From Eledone cirrhosa (lineage: Eukaryota), in contig OZ024760.1 in the NCBI GenBank assembly GCA_964016885.1, positions 20,398,001-20,462,000 of the forward strand: a DNA stretch of 64,000 nucleotides. The letters are read 5' to 3'. Position numbers and translations under genes: made by a program. The notes beneath the pieces are model-generated. The model was not told the DNA's origin. It did no database searches and was given only the letters and a program-made list of their open reading frames with translations. Of the stretch, positions 47,533-58,800 are shown piece by piece (position 1 is the first letter of the stretch; each line of letters opens with the position of its first letter).

Positions 47533-50260
47533 TATATATATATATATAATATATATTTATTAAAATAACATTTATTTTAATAAATATTTGCTCTCAGTTC
47601 TTATATACTTGATATATATTATATGGAGAACAACGTTTCTCTTATACATATGCTGTTGTTAAAAAACACGAGTATTTTCGAGTTTCAAAATCCGAGAACA
47701 CAAAAACGTGAATTAAATTATGGACTCTGGGACTTTGTTGTTCCAAACGAACTACAATGGCCTTATTAGAAAATACGAGACGATTCCAATAAAGTTGTAA
47801 CTCAAACCAACCACATGTCTGTAATATCGAAGCTGAGATCTCTCAACATTTGGAGAAGTAGCGGCTCTGTAGCTGGAGTGACTCTCTCATCTCCAAGCTA
47901 TACACTTCATTGAGTAATGTTACTCCAAAGAGACCTTTCAGATGAACCCTTCTTATTCTTCACCTACTTATTACTGAGAGAATCCTGCTGGATCCCCAAG
48001 CACATTGATGTTATCCAACCATCTTGCTCTGGGTCTCCTGCAGGTTGGTTTTGCCTATAAAATATGTCCAAGAGACATTCTAACCATAAGTAGACGAAGA
48101 AGACTCAAAATAGCCATGTCTTCGACTAAGCAGACACGCGCGCACATGTATGTGTAGATATGTATATATATAATAGAGGCACATGGCTTAGTGGTTAGAG
48201 CATTGGCCTTGCAATCGAAAGGTTGTGAGTTCAATTCTCAGACCGGGTGATGTGTTGTTTCCTTGAGCAAGACACTTTATTTCACATTGCTCCAGTTTAC
48301 TCAGCTGTAGAAATGAGATGATAGGGACTGTGGTCCCTATCATTCCACTGCAAAGTGGTCGTGGAGGTGCCACGGCAAAAAAGCACCCAGCACTCACTGT
48401 AAATGAGGTTGGTGTAAGGAAGGGCATCCAGCTGCAGAAATCAAGCCAGAATCAGTTCCCGTCCCACCCTTGCAAGCAGGGAAAAGTGGACGTGAAATGA
48501 ATGAATGATATATATATATATATATATAATTGATAAAAATAACCAGGATTAAATTACATTATTTCATATACGAACGTGTCTTTGTGATTGGAAATTTACC
48601 AATTGTATTAAACTCCTGAACTGTCATTTACCAATCTGGCTGTGGACTATAAAATCACATTTGAGCTTTGAATTATTCTTTGCCTTTATATAATTGTATT
48701 ATAAACTCATCTAAACTACTTTATATATATATATATATATATACATGATACGTTTCCGAAGAAGACGGTCTGATAGTATAGTTATATAACTGCTATAGAT
48801 TAGTCAATATTATCAACCCTCCGAAACGATCGTAAAACAATGATATGAATAGGTAAAACAACTCGACTTTGTTGTTTTTATTTTCATTGTTAAATTAATA
48901 TCTAACTCTGTATCTAAGGAATTAACTCAGTGGAACATGGAACCTTTCTATGGATTCCACTGGGTTACTCTCCATCAGATTACATTGAGTTCTATCTACG
49001 GTATGGACCCTACCACCAAGGGTAGACCACATTGAAATATATATATATATGTGTGTGTGTTCAATGTATTTTTATCTGGTGGAGCAACCAAGTGGACACT
49101 TTGGTGTCGTATTTTTTTTTTTTTTTATACTTTTTAAACAGATTAGAGTAGTAATTAAAGGGAAATCACTCGTGTCGATATTCGTCTGTTAGTTTTTTCC
49201 GATTTACTTCCCTTTGACTGTTAAATTGTTCTGATTTAACTAAAATATTGATAGCAATTGCAAGTAATTATTGTAGTATGGGGTGGTAGTGGTGTTGGTG
49301 TTGGTAGTGGTAATAGTAACAGTAGTAGTAGTAATTTTTATTTAATATTGTGTTGTTGCCTTAAATATATTTATATTGCTGTTATTGTGCCTAAAGTAGA
49401 AACAATTATTTCTAAAACTCAGGTGTTTCCTCTGTAAATCAATATATCTAGATATATATCATTACCACTGTAGATCAATATATTTACTCCTGTAGATTAA
49501 TAAATTAAAATGTTTAAACCTGTTGATAATAAATAAATGAATTCACGTCTGTAGCATTACATAGCAAATATACGATAAATAAATAAATGTATTTATATAT
49601 ACACACACAACACTTATCGAGTCCTCTGGATTTTGGTCTATTTATTTATTATTACTACTATATATATATATGAAAATAGTCAGCACCCCGACGGCCGGAG
49701 CTCAGCCGTCGGGGTCCTGACGCTTTTCCTATTACCCACTCTACTACCCGACGTATTGAGTACTCTGGTGCGTTATGGTCCACCTGGTATCTTACCACAC
49801 CCTCTTTGTTATATATCACCCCTTCCCTCGTTCGTCTGTTCTGCCTTTGAAAGGGGCAGAACCCTCAGACCTATACCTCATAGTGGCCCCAGGACAGTCG
49901 CACTTCCGCCCACCCTTCATCCGTTCGTCAGTTCTGCCTCTCGGACAGGCAGACCCCCCCCCCTATCTCTTCCCAAGTTCATACTTCCTGATGGCCCCAG
50001 CAGACAGAATAAGAGAATCTCGAGTTAGGAGAATGAGTGGAGTGAAGTAGGAGCCCATTGAGTGGAGTGAAGGTTAGCACGAGACTTAGATGTGAGAAAC
50101 AAAGTGAAACCAGGGAGGAGAGAAGAGATGTGTGTCCTAATTCGTCAATGGCGACAGTGCAGCAGTTAACACTGACCTTCATCATATCAAAGAGTTGGTG
50201 TTCTTCAGCATAGTTACCGAAAGACGTTGGTAACGACATTGGTCTAATGGTGGCGTCCAT
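34674..50260 (-). CDS. AK8: Adenylate kinase 8 (N-terminal docking segment plus two adenylate kinase domains; ciliary/flagellar), 10 coding exons, ~489 aa
   Basis: Exons 50260-50177, 45310-45226, 44103-43940, 42352-42202, 41062-40991, 39319-39119, 37859-37728, 36857-36768, 36319-36178, 35022-34674. GT-AG, phases consistent, 1470 nt. Starts MDATIRPMSLPTSFGNYAEEHQLFDMMK (human [28 protein letters not shown]); P-loops GPPSSGKTT and GATGSGKKT; GWVLHGFPRN; RVFFLDISLDSIMERL. Confidence 0.95.
35510..35990 (-). mobile_element. CR1/L2-like LINE 3' fragment
   Basis: MDSLKLRRLATDL...TRGHAHKV...[14 protein letters not shown] plus the shared 3'UTR and (ATT)n tail. Confidence 0.8.
37247..37575 (+). mobile_element. 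tRNA-derived SINE sharing the family A head but with a different body/tail
   Basis: ATGGCTTAGTGGTTAGAGCATTGGGCTTGCAATTGAAAGGTTGTGAGTTTGATTCTC head, then divergent sequence. Confidence 0.75.
37880..38190 (-). mobile_element. tRNA-derived SINE family B with (AAT)n tail (copies at ~11020-11185, ~17660-17755, ~36360-36575, ~40270-40450, ~41910-42146, ~44125-44310, ~55872-55995)
   Basis: Minus strand reads GGTGGATTGGCAGTATCGG..AGGGTCGG (A-box like)...GAGTTCAAATCCCGCC (B box)...TTTGCCTTTCATCCTTACGGGGTCGATAAAATAAAGTACCAG...GTGCC(T/A)AAAGTAGAAAC(AAT)n. Confidence 0.8.
38465..38945 (+). mobile_element. CR1/L2-like LINE 3' fragment with an internal ~61-bp triplication
   Basis: CATGGAACAAACTACCTACATC...TTTAAGGC repeated 3x inside the same family sequence. 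Confidence 0.8.
39362..39645. repeat. ~32-bp minisatellite (~9 copies)
   Basis: GTGACATCAGGTCACCTTGTCACTGT(G/A)TCACT. Confidence 0.95.
39775..40040 (-). mobile_element. SINE family A, partial
   Basis: Tail and body match; head missing. Confidence 0.8.
40641..40840 (-). mobile_element. Short palindromic Penelope/retrozyme-like element in (TA)n
   Basis: 122-bp inverted repeat 40719-40840 plus conserved tail; related copies at 49672-49812, 62740-62899, 14500-14640; carries a GAAA-stem-GTC hammerhead 3' half. Confidence 0.55.
41308..41653 (-). mobile_element. SINE family A inserted into a piggyBac-like MITE
   Basis: Full-length copy; MITE sequence TACTCT appears on both sides. Confidence 0.85.
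43085..43620. repeat. Minisatellite with alternating ~31/20-bp subunits
   Basis: GACACTGCTTCTATCTGTCTACCAGTGCTC(G/A) / GACACTGCTGGTGGTGCTCA. Confidence 0.9.
44125..44310 (-). mobile_element. SINE family B, full length
   Basis: Near-identical to 37955-38140. Confidence 0.8.
44470..45204. repeat. (TG)n-GTAGTGTAAAGAGA minisatellite
   Basis: About 20 units with variable TG length. Confidence 0.95.
45314..46040. repeat. (AACATC/AAC/ATC)n tract abutting the AK8 exon 2 acceptor
   Basis: Visible triplet/hexamer repeat, interrupted by a CR1-tail fragment at ~45842-45945. Confidence 0.95.
46335..46920. repeat. Complex (TG/TATG) microsatellite with higher-order units
   Basis: Repeated GTGTATCTGTGTATGTATGTATATGTGCGTGTTTATGTATGCGGGTGTG blocks. 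Confidence 0.95.
48175..48508 (+). mobile_element. SINE family A
   Basis: Near-identical to 13362-13705. Confidence 0.9.
48752..48838 (+). ncRNA. Degenerate type I hammerhead ribozyme motif (Penelope-like)
   Basis: GTTT | CCGAAGA | stem II (TGATAGTAT/ATATTATCA) | GAAA CGATCG TA | AAAC. Topology is correct, but there is a core C-for-U change and mismatches at the base of stem II. Confidence 0.45.
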
Positions 50261-50303
50261 CTCGGTGCTTCTTGTCTTTCTTGTTTATCTTCGCCAGATA
50301 CCT

Positions 50304-51065
50304 GTTACTATGGTAACCAAGGACAGATAACTCAGATACCTACAGTGGTGTACGACGAATCTGTGCGGAGAGGTAGATCTATAACTACACCCACTGGTTA
50401 CTATGGTGACCGGTGTAATAAACATAACCAAGGACAGATAACTCAGATACCTACAGTGGTATGAATCTGTATGGAGGTAGATCTATAACTATACCCACTG
50501 GTTTCTATGGTGACCGGTGTAATAAACATAACCAAGGACAGATAACTCAGATACCTACAGTGGTGTATGAATCTGTATGGAGGTAGTAGATCTATAACTA
50601 TACCCACTGGTTTCTATGGCGACCGGTGTAATAAACATAACCAAGGACAGATAACTCAGATACCTACAGTGGTATGAATCTGTATGGAGGTAGATCTATA
50701 ACTATACCCACTGGTTTCTATGGCGACCGGTGTAATAAACATAACCAAGGACAGATAACTCAGATACCTACAGTGGTATGAATCTGTATGGAGGTAGATC
50801 TATAACTATACCTACTGGTTTCTATGGTGACCGGTGTAATAAACATAACCAAGGACAGATAACTCAGATACCTACAGTGGTATGAATCTGTATGGAGGTA
50901 GATCTATAACTACACCCACTGGTTACTATGGTGACCGGTGTAATAAACATAACCAAGGACAGATAAATCAAGATACCTACCACAGTGGTGTGAAACTAAG
51001 TAGAGAAGAAACCCTTCCCTACCCAAACAAATGTTCGGCGCTTAACTCCTGGTTACTATGGTGAT
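50304..51065. promoter_or_regulatory. Cluster of RFX X-box motifs upstream of AK8
   Basis: GTTACTATGGTAAC at 50304-50317 (44 bp upstream of the AK8 ATG), then GTT(A/T)CTATGG(T/C)GAC at 50397, 50501, 50610, 50714, 50818, 50922 and a degenerate copy at 51052. Confidence 0.65.
50315..50990. repeat. ~104-bp tandem repeat, ~6.5 copies
   Basis: Unit AACCAAGGACAGATAACTCAGATACCTACAGTGGTATGAATCTGTATGGAGGTAGATCTATAACTATACCCACTGGTTTCTATGGTGACCGGTGTAATAAACAT. Confidence 0.95.
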
Positions 51066-52856
51066 TGCAGTAATTAGCAGAGCCAAGGACAGATAACTCA
51101 AATACCCCCTTCACACAAATAATTGTTGGAGGTGACTTGTTTGTAAAAGACACCTTCTCCAGCAGCAATCTGGTGTGCATTTGGTCATTGCTGCACATCA
51201 AGGTGAAGATAGCAAGCTGTTGAAGTACTGATCGCTTGGTGATTGGTCTATCATTGAACACGAGTAGTAGAGGGGGTGCATGCCATATAGTACTTGTCGC
51301 AGAGGGAGGTGTAGTTATATATCTCAGATCAACCCCCTCCCAAACTTTATTTAAGCAGTCCACATCCATACAAGTAAAATCACCTCTCCTATAAATAATA
51401 AGTATAGTACCAGGAAAGACTAGTCAGAAGGAGAAAAGCATAAATGAATTGAGAGAGAGAGACTGAGCCTGAGAGGAATCAAATGCTGTGTGCAGGAGAA
51501 GCGGTTGCATTGGTATGGACATGTGGTGTATATGAAGGATGACAGCGGCATAAAAAGGTGCAGAGCAGTAGAAGTCGATGGAAACCACGGATGAAGACCT
51601 GGGATGAGGTGATAAAAGCCGACGACACGCGGCCGTGACCTCTGGCGTCACGCAGTAACACAGAAGAGTAGAGTGGGACTTCTACATGTGACAACCATAT
51701 CCCAACCCCAGGAGAATGTAAAGAGGCCACTATGTTGTGTGAGACTTCTACATGTGATAGACATGTCTGTACCTCATGACAATGTAGAGAGCAGGCCTCT
51801 ACAAATTCAAAATTACCTTTGAAATTACTAATCATACACACGTACGTGTCATTGTTAACCCAAGATGGGTTTAACCAACTCTAAAGTAGTGAGTTAAGAC
51901 TGCAAATATTAAGCACCCATGTATGACAAACACCCGACATAGATATTACCAGCCAGTCACAATTGAAACAGACATTTATGTTAGAAATCAAATTTTACCT
52001 CAACATCCGACTTGATTATGCTGAGCTACATTTTGAGCTGTTTATAGTATCTTGAGGGGGAGAAGGACTCTGGTGAGACTGAATTGAGGATAAGTTTACT
52101 TCATGAGCAGCAGCGTGCATAATGAAACTAATGGAGGAAGCGTCTACTCAGGCCCATACCAGTTCCTTATGAGGCTGCACTTCATAGAGAGTTTCTTATA
52201 GTACAAACCCCAGTTTAAATGAAGTGTTTTGTTCAAGGTTGCGTGGTTTTAAATGATAGGAGCCCCAGTGAAATGAAGTGTCTTGTTCAAGAAAACATCA
52301 TGCCAATTGATCCAGGACCAGATGATTGCAAGTCCAACATCCCAACTACTCAATGTTATTGGAAGGGAACCATAGCTAGCAGCGAAGAAAATAAATAAAA
52401 CCTATCCCTCTTAAATCATGTACAAGAAATTCAGAAAGCAACTTTAAGCGTATAAAAGATTTCAAGTCAGGTTTATTAGGATTCATATATTTAACCTAAA
52501 GTTTGCTTTTACAATGACTGCAGTTTAAAAATGGAAAAAAACAAAAACATTTAAAATCAGATTTCTTTCCAAAGGAAAAAAAAAAAAAAAAGAAAAAAAA
52601 AAAAAACCTTTATTCCAATGTTTCATTTTTATATATATAGTCTTTTACTCAAGCTTCGTATTTCATATTTTCACATCTCTTCACTTTTTATTTCTTTTAA
52701 GTTAAAAGTTTGTTTTTATCATTTCTCTTCCAAATTTAAGCCAGTGTCTTGTGTCATTTCAAGCCAAACTTTCTCATGTGATCCATTTTTTTTGTAATTT
52801 TTTTTCTTTTTAAATCTTTTACAATTTTATTTATGTTTTTTTTTCTATTTAATTAC

Positions 52857-55800
52857 TCAACCAAACTGGAAGGTAAAACCTGAGAAACCTTGATTTTGAT
52901 TTCCTCCAGGTGAGCGGAATGAACAGTTCTGGTTGCCAAAAAACGTTGCAAATATCTGTGAGGGATCTATATGATCTGGAATGAAGGAATTTATATAGAA
53001 AGTAAAAAGAACGAGTAATTTACACCAAAACAACAAAACAAATAAGCTAGTCTGAAAATTACATTGTGGAAGAATGATTTAAACTATTGAAATTGTTATG
53101 ATTTTTTTTTCATCACACCTCTGCAGCATGGAATTGTTTCAGCCACCAGGTAACAAGGGTGTGATGAAAATTGAGTCAAATAGTGTATGTTTAAACAGCT
53201 CTTCCATGATGTAATTACTATTTTAAAAGTTCCTTGAAATATTTTTACCTGTCTTTTGGTACTAAATAGTCTTCTTATGGTGTAAGAAAATATCTTTCCC
53301 CATTTTCTGAATGAACTGCTAAGATTTTAGTTGTAATTGAGAGAGGGGTGGCACTCTAGATACTCTGTCAGTCAGCAATCACTGCTGATCTCTGTCATAT
53401 ACAGAAAGGTTGCAGTGTTGACACCTGGCCAGCCCTTGGACATCGTCAGAGAAGGATTTCCTTTGCCCGTCTTCCTTCTTCAATCATAGTCCTAGAAAAT
53501 AGTTTAGGACAGGGAGTTGTGAAATACACGTTCATACCAGGTAATCCTTCAACTTTTTTATCTGTTGCAAGTAGTTCCAGCCAACAAACATATATATGTA
53601 ATGATGGTGTTGTCTTCTCCACCATATATTAGTGGTTTCTGCCAACCAGCATATATATAGTGACCCTGTCTTCTCTGCTCAGTGGTTTCTGCCAACCAGC
53701 ATATATATAGTATAGTGACCCTGTCTTCTCTGCTCAGTGGTTTCTGCCAACCAGCATATATATAGTATAGTGACCCTGTCTTCTCTGCTCAGTGGTTTCT
53801 TCCAACCAGCATATGTAGTGACTTCTTCCTCCCCATTTATGAGATGCTTGAATGCCTTGACTCTTCATCCTATGTCACCTGTAAGTGACCAGCTTTTACA
53901 TCCATAAAAAGGGATCAAAGTCACCAATGATTTGCACAGTTAGAGCTAGGTGGGTGACCAATCAACCAAACAGCAGCAGTACCCAGCTGTTGGTTCAATA
54001 TAACAGAATAAGTTAAACTGTAACTACTTACCAAAACCAATATCATTGTCGTCCATATCGAAGCCGTTATCGTATCGACATCTTTTTTTACTATCAGAAA
54101 GGACATTAAAAGCTTCTCCGACTTCCTTGAATTTAGCCTCCTCTGATTTTTGAACCTCGGGATTATCATGTGAATGACGATCTGAAGTAGGAGAGAGAGA
54201 CGACAGTGGTAGAGAGAGATGGAAGTAGGAGACAGAAAGAGAGAGACAACAGTGGTAGAGAGAGAAAGAGAGAGACAACAGTGGTAGAGACAGAAAGAGA
54301 GACACGACAGTGGTAGAGACAGAAAGAGAGACACGACAGTGGTAGAGACAGAAAGAGAGAGACCCGACAGTGGTAGAGAGATGGAAGTAGGAGACAGAAA
54401 GAGACACGACAGTGGTAGAGAGAGAAAGAGAGAGACAACAGTGGTAGAGACAGAGAGACACGACAGTGGTAGAGACAGAAAGAGAGAGACAACAGTGGTA
54501 GAGAGACAAAGAGAGACCCGGCAGTGGGAGAGACAACAGTGGTAGAAAGAGATGGAAGTAGAGAACATTTCAGTCAGTGACCCAAGAAAATCTTTTGTTA
54601 ACCCATCTAATACCAACCCAGAGAAAATTGCTAGGACCTACTTCATCATAAATCCTGTGATTAAATTCTACTCAAGGTGGTGAACTGGCAGACTCGGTAG
54701 AGCATCGGGGGGGGAAATGCTTTGTAACATTTAGTTACAACCTTCTACTTTCTGAAGTCATTTAATAATGGTTTCTTATTTAGGCACAAAGCCAACAATT
54801 TCGGGGTGGGGAAAGTCAAATTGACCCCAGTACATTACCAACACTAAGTATGAAAGGTAAAGATAAACTCAGTGGGATTTGAACTAAGAACATTAAGGTA
54901 TAAAACTATATGCTGCCAAGCATGTTGTCTGATGCTCTACTGATTACTGCCAGTTCAACGCCTTTGAGTTATTAAATAATAGTAGCAAATATTTTAATTA
55001 GCAATCTATTTGCATATATCAAACGTTTAAGTGTTTATTTAAATGGACACAAATCATTTCTCCCTGGTTGTCTTTGCCTCTCACAAAGTCCCGTGTTAAA
55101 CACCACTCAAGGGGCTCTCACTTCACTCAACTCCTCTTTTCCCTGGTTGTCTTTACTTCTCACATCTGCCTAAGTCTTGTGCTAAACTCTACTCATGGGG
55201 CTTCCAACTCACTCAACTGCTCTATTCCTTTTCTTACCCAAGATTCCCTTAAATGAGAAGGAATCCTAGTCCTATCATGAAACACAATCTACTGCCACAA
55301 TCTTACACCAGTAAGTCCAACACACTGCTAAGCGACAAAATAAAACTCCTTACCAGGGTGGTGTATTAAGGCCCGTTTCTTGTATGCCTTCTTAATTTCA
55401 TCATCAGTTGCAGTTTTATTAACACCAAGAATCTTGTAGTAATCCTTCCGTTTACTTTTTTTAAGAGTTAGTTTGGCATCAGTCAATAATTGTTTGTTTT
55501 CTGAAGAAACACAAAGAAGAGATTAAAAATAATAAAACAAGGTAAATATTAATTAGACAAAATAAAATATATTTCAATTTGATATTTGTGCCGACTCTTA
55601 TCTATGGTCATAAATCTAAACTATAATAAAGTAAGGAGCGCGGGACTGCGTACGGTTTATAATTTTTTATCACATTAGTAAAATAAGTTGCATTACTTTG
55701 AAATAAACAATGAATGAACATTACATAATTTATCTACTAAATTTCGTGGCTGTTGATTAAATATATTTTGTTAATTTAAAGATTCACTTCTTTAAAATTT

Positions 55801-58800
55801 CTGAAATGTCAACACTTCCGGTTGGCCATCGATTAAATAAACATCAATTTTCTCCTAATGCAGTTTATATATAATTGTTTCTACTTTTGGCACAAGGCCA
55901 GCAATTATCCCAGTGTATTACTGGTACTTTATTTTATCGACCCCCGTAAGGACAAAAGGCAAAGTTAACCTCAGCAGGATTTGAACTCAGATCATAATTC
56001 TCTGAATTGAGAGATCACAGCTCTGATATGAGGAACATGTGCTTAGGTCTCTGGTAAGACTAATCGGCAGGAGACCCAAGTGCAGATCCCAAGCAAGATG
56101 GTTGGATAACATCCATGGGGTTGGCTGGTCACGATTGGGGAGACAAATTCTATTTTCTGCCCCTCTCAGGAATAAGCGTGCAAGGACGAAGAATAAATAT
56201 ATTTCTATTATCACTAAAATATGATTACTATGTTGACGGAAATATATAAGGGTTTTTTAAAACTTTAGAATAGAACTGTATTAAAAACAATTACAATATA
56301 TATCTATCATCATCATCATCATCATCATCTTACGTCCGCTTTTCCCTGCTTGCAAGGGTGGGACGGGTCTTATTCAACACAGCATCTCTCCACTCGTCAC
56401 GGTCCTTCGTCATCTCCACCGTGAGCTTCAATGATCTGAGGTCTGTTCTCACCACCTCCGCCCATGTTTTTCGTGGTCTACCTCTACCACGTCTTCCTTC
56501 AACTGGCATTTCTTCACCCATCGGTCATCCTCCATGCGCATCACATGTCCATACCACCTCAGTCTCCTCTCCCGTACACTGCATTCTATCCCTCTCAGAC
56601 ACTTTTATATGAACCATCCACGCAACTACGATAAACTCAACTGTTTGTTTGTAACCAAAGCTACCCAGTGTTATGACTAAATCTATTGGCTTCAACATTT
56701 AAAAGGTTACTGGAAGTTGGAGCATTCATGCTTTTCCCAAATTAGTGACAAACACATGAAGCAAAGCAATTCATGATCATCAACATTGTTGTCGTTTCGC
56801 CTCCACTTTTCCATGCTTGCATGAGCTGGAATAAAAGTAGGGCACAAAACTCACCAACATACCTCTGCTAACCCTTTCCTACAACCCCAACCTCTCCCTC
56901 CGCACATACCAGAATAATGATGTTCATGCTAGCGTAAGAGATGTCCTTATCAAATTAACAACAATCCATGAATACTCTCCTACTCATGTCTCTCCCTCAC
57001 TCTTCACAGACATACGCTAATACAATGCTGTTGACTCTAGTGTAAACATCCATAAGAAACAATGTACTTTCTCACCTGTCCCTCCCCTTCTCTCTCTCTC
57101 GACACTCACATACCAGAACAATGATGTTCACTCGAGAGTAAATATCCATAAGAATTAAAGTACAAATACTTTCTCACCTGCCTGTCTCTCTCTCTCTCTC
57201 CTGACACATGCCAAAACAATAATGTTACCTCTACTATAAGAAATGGCAATCAATGCACAATTACTTTCTCACCTCTCTCTCCACACACACCAGAACAATG
57301 CTGTTACCTCTAATGTACAATTCCATAAGGATTAATACACAAATACTTCCAAAACACTGTATGATGCCTTTAATGTGTAAAGAGATGCCAATAATATACA
57401 AATAACATCCATTTTTCTACGCTTGCAATGGGTCAAATGGGCCATTAACAAACAAATCTGGCCGGGATTGGCCATGCTGTACTTTGCTCTGACAGGCAGG
57501 CAAGGAAAAGCGGATATAAAATGATGATGATATATATATATATATACATATACACACACCACATATGATGTCAAAACAATGTGTGTAAGAAATGTCAACA
57601 TGAATGAAATAAACCAAAATTAAGATCACCTTACCTTTACTTTTATCCAACTTATAAACCTGGTCATAATCTCGCACAGCTTCTTCATATTTTTCTAAAT
57701 CTGTGTAGCTGTTGGAAATGAAAGATATATATATATATATATATTATAACCACCCAGAGACGAATCAGGTACCCCACCAATCCTGAACCACCCGGCACTT
57801 CTAGGGAACCCCTTCTCCTCCTCAAATTAACCAGCCTACAGACGCATGGTCAGACTAAGCCTACTCACACAAACCATTCTCGCCACATTCACACACCTTT
57901 TAGCAAATATACTGGGGGGCAGCACTTCTCTCTCCACCCTCACCTTCCTTTCCAAGTGAAACTTGGAGTTGAGGAGTTGGCCGAAGAGAAAAGTGCCCGT
58001 CTTCAGTTCTTTCAACCTGGTCTGCCATACAACCTGTCGCAGCTGCCACTAGACAGAGGAATATTGCCAACCCTTCTTGGCCAAAAGAAGGTGGCAGGCC
58101 GATCTTCACAATGGACTCGGCCGATAGCTAGATTCATTCTAAACACGACAACAGCTGTTTGACAACCCCACAAGTCAGTTTAATGGCAAAAAGGAGTCAG
58201 ACCTTGTAGGCTAATCCATCAGTTTAATGACAAAAAGGGATCAGACCTTGTAGGCTGTAATCGTTCAGTTTAATGACAAAAAGGGGCCAGACTAATTGTA
58301 GACTAATCCATCAGTTTAACAACAAAAAGGAGTCAGCACTACAAAGGACATTTGGCTGTAAAACAGTGTCCCAAACAAACCTGTCCAACCCATGCCAACA
58401 TAGAAAAGTATACATATGAACAATGATGACAACGGACATGATCTGTCTACCGTTGTCCCTCTCTGGAGACACTTTACCTGATTTTCTCAATATTTATAGT
58501 GATCGACCGGCACAGTAGAATGTGAGACCATAGCTAAGATAGATCCCTGACCCATCTGGGAGATCAGTGACCCCCGCTTCAATACTGACTTGGTCTATGT
58601 GGAACCGTCCAACCCTTGCTAGCAGGGAAAGAGGACGTTAACTGATGATGATAATGAGCCCTGCCACTGATAATACATACATATATAACAAGGGTTTAGA
58701 AGGACCCTTCAGTTTGTCTCAAAAGACGCAATAACTTCTCTGATCTCGGATGTCAGTAGACCTGTCAAACCCTTGCTAACAGGGAAAGCCGATGTTAATC

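Noticed and set aside
51019-51369. 116-aa minus ORF and nearby 47700-48120 unique-looking sequence
   Set aside because: No splice context or recognisable intact domain; at most heavily decayed LINE fragments.
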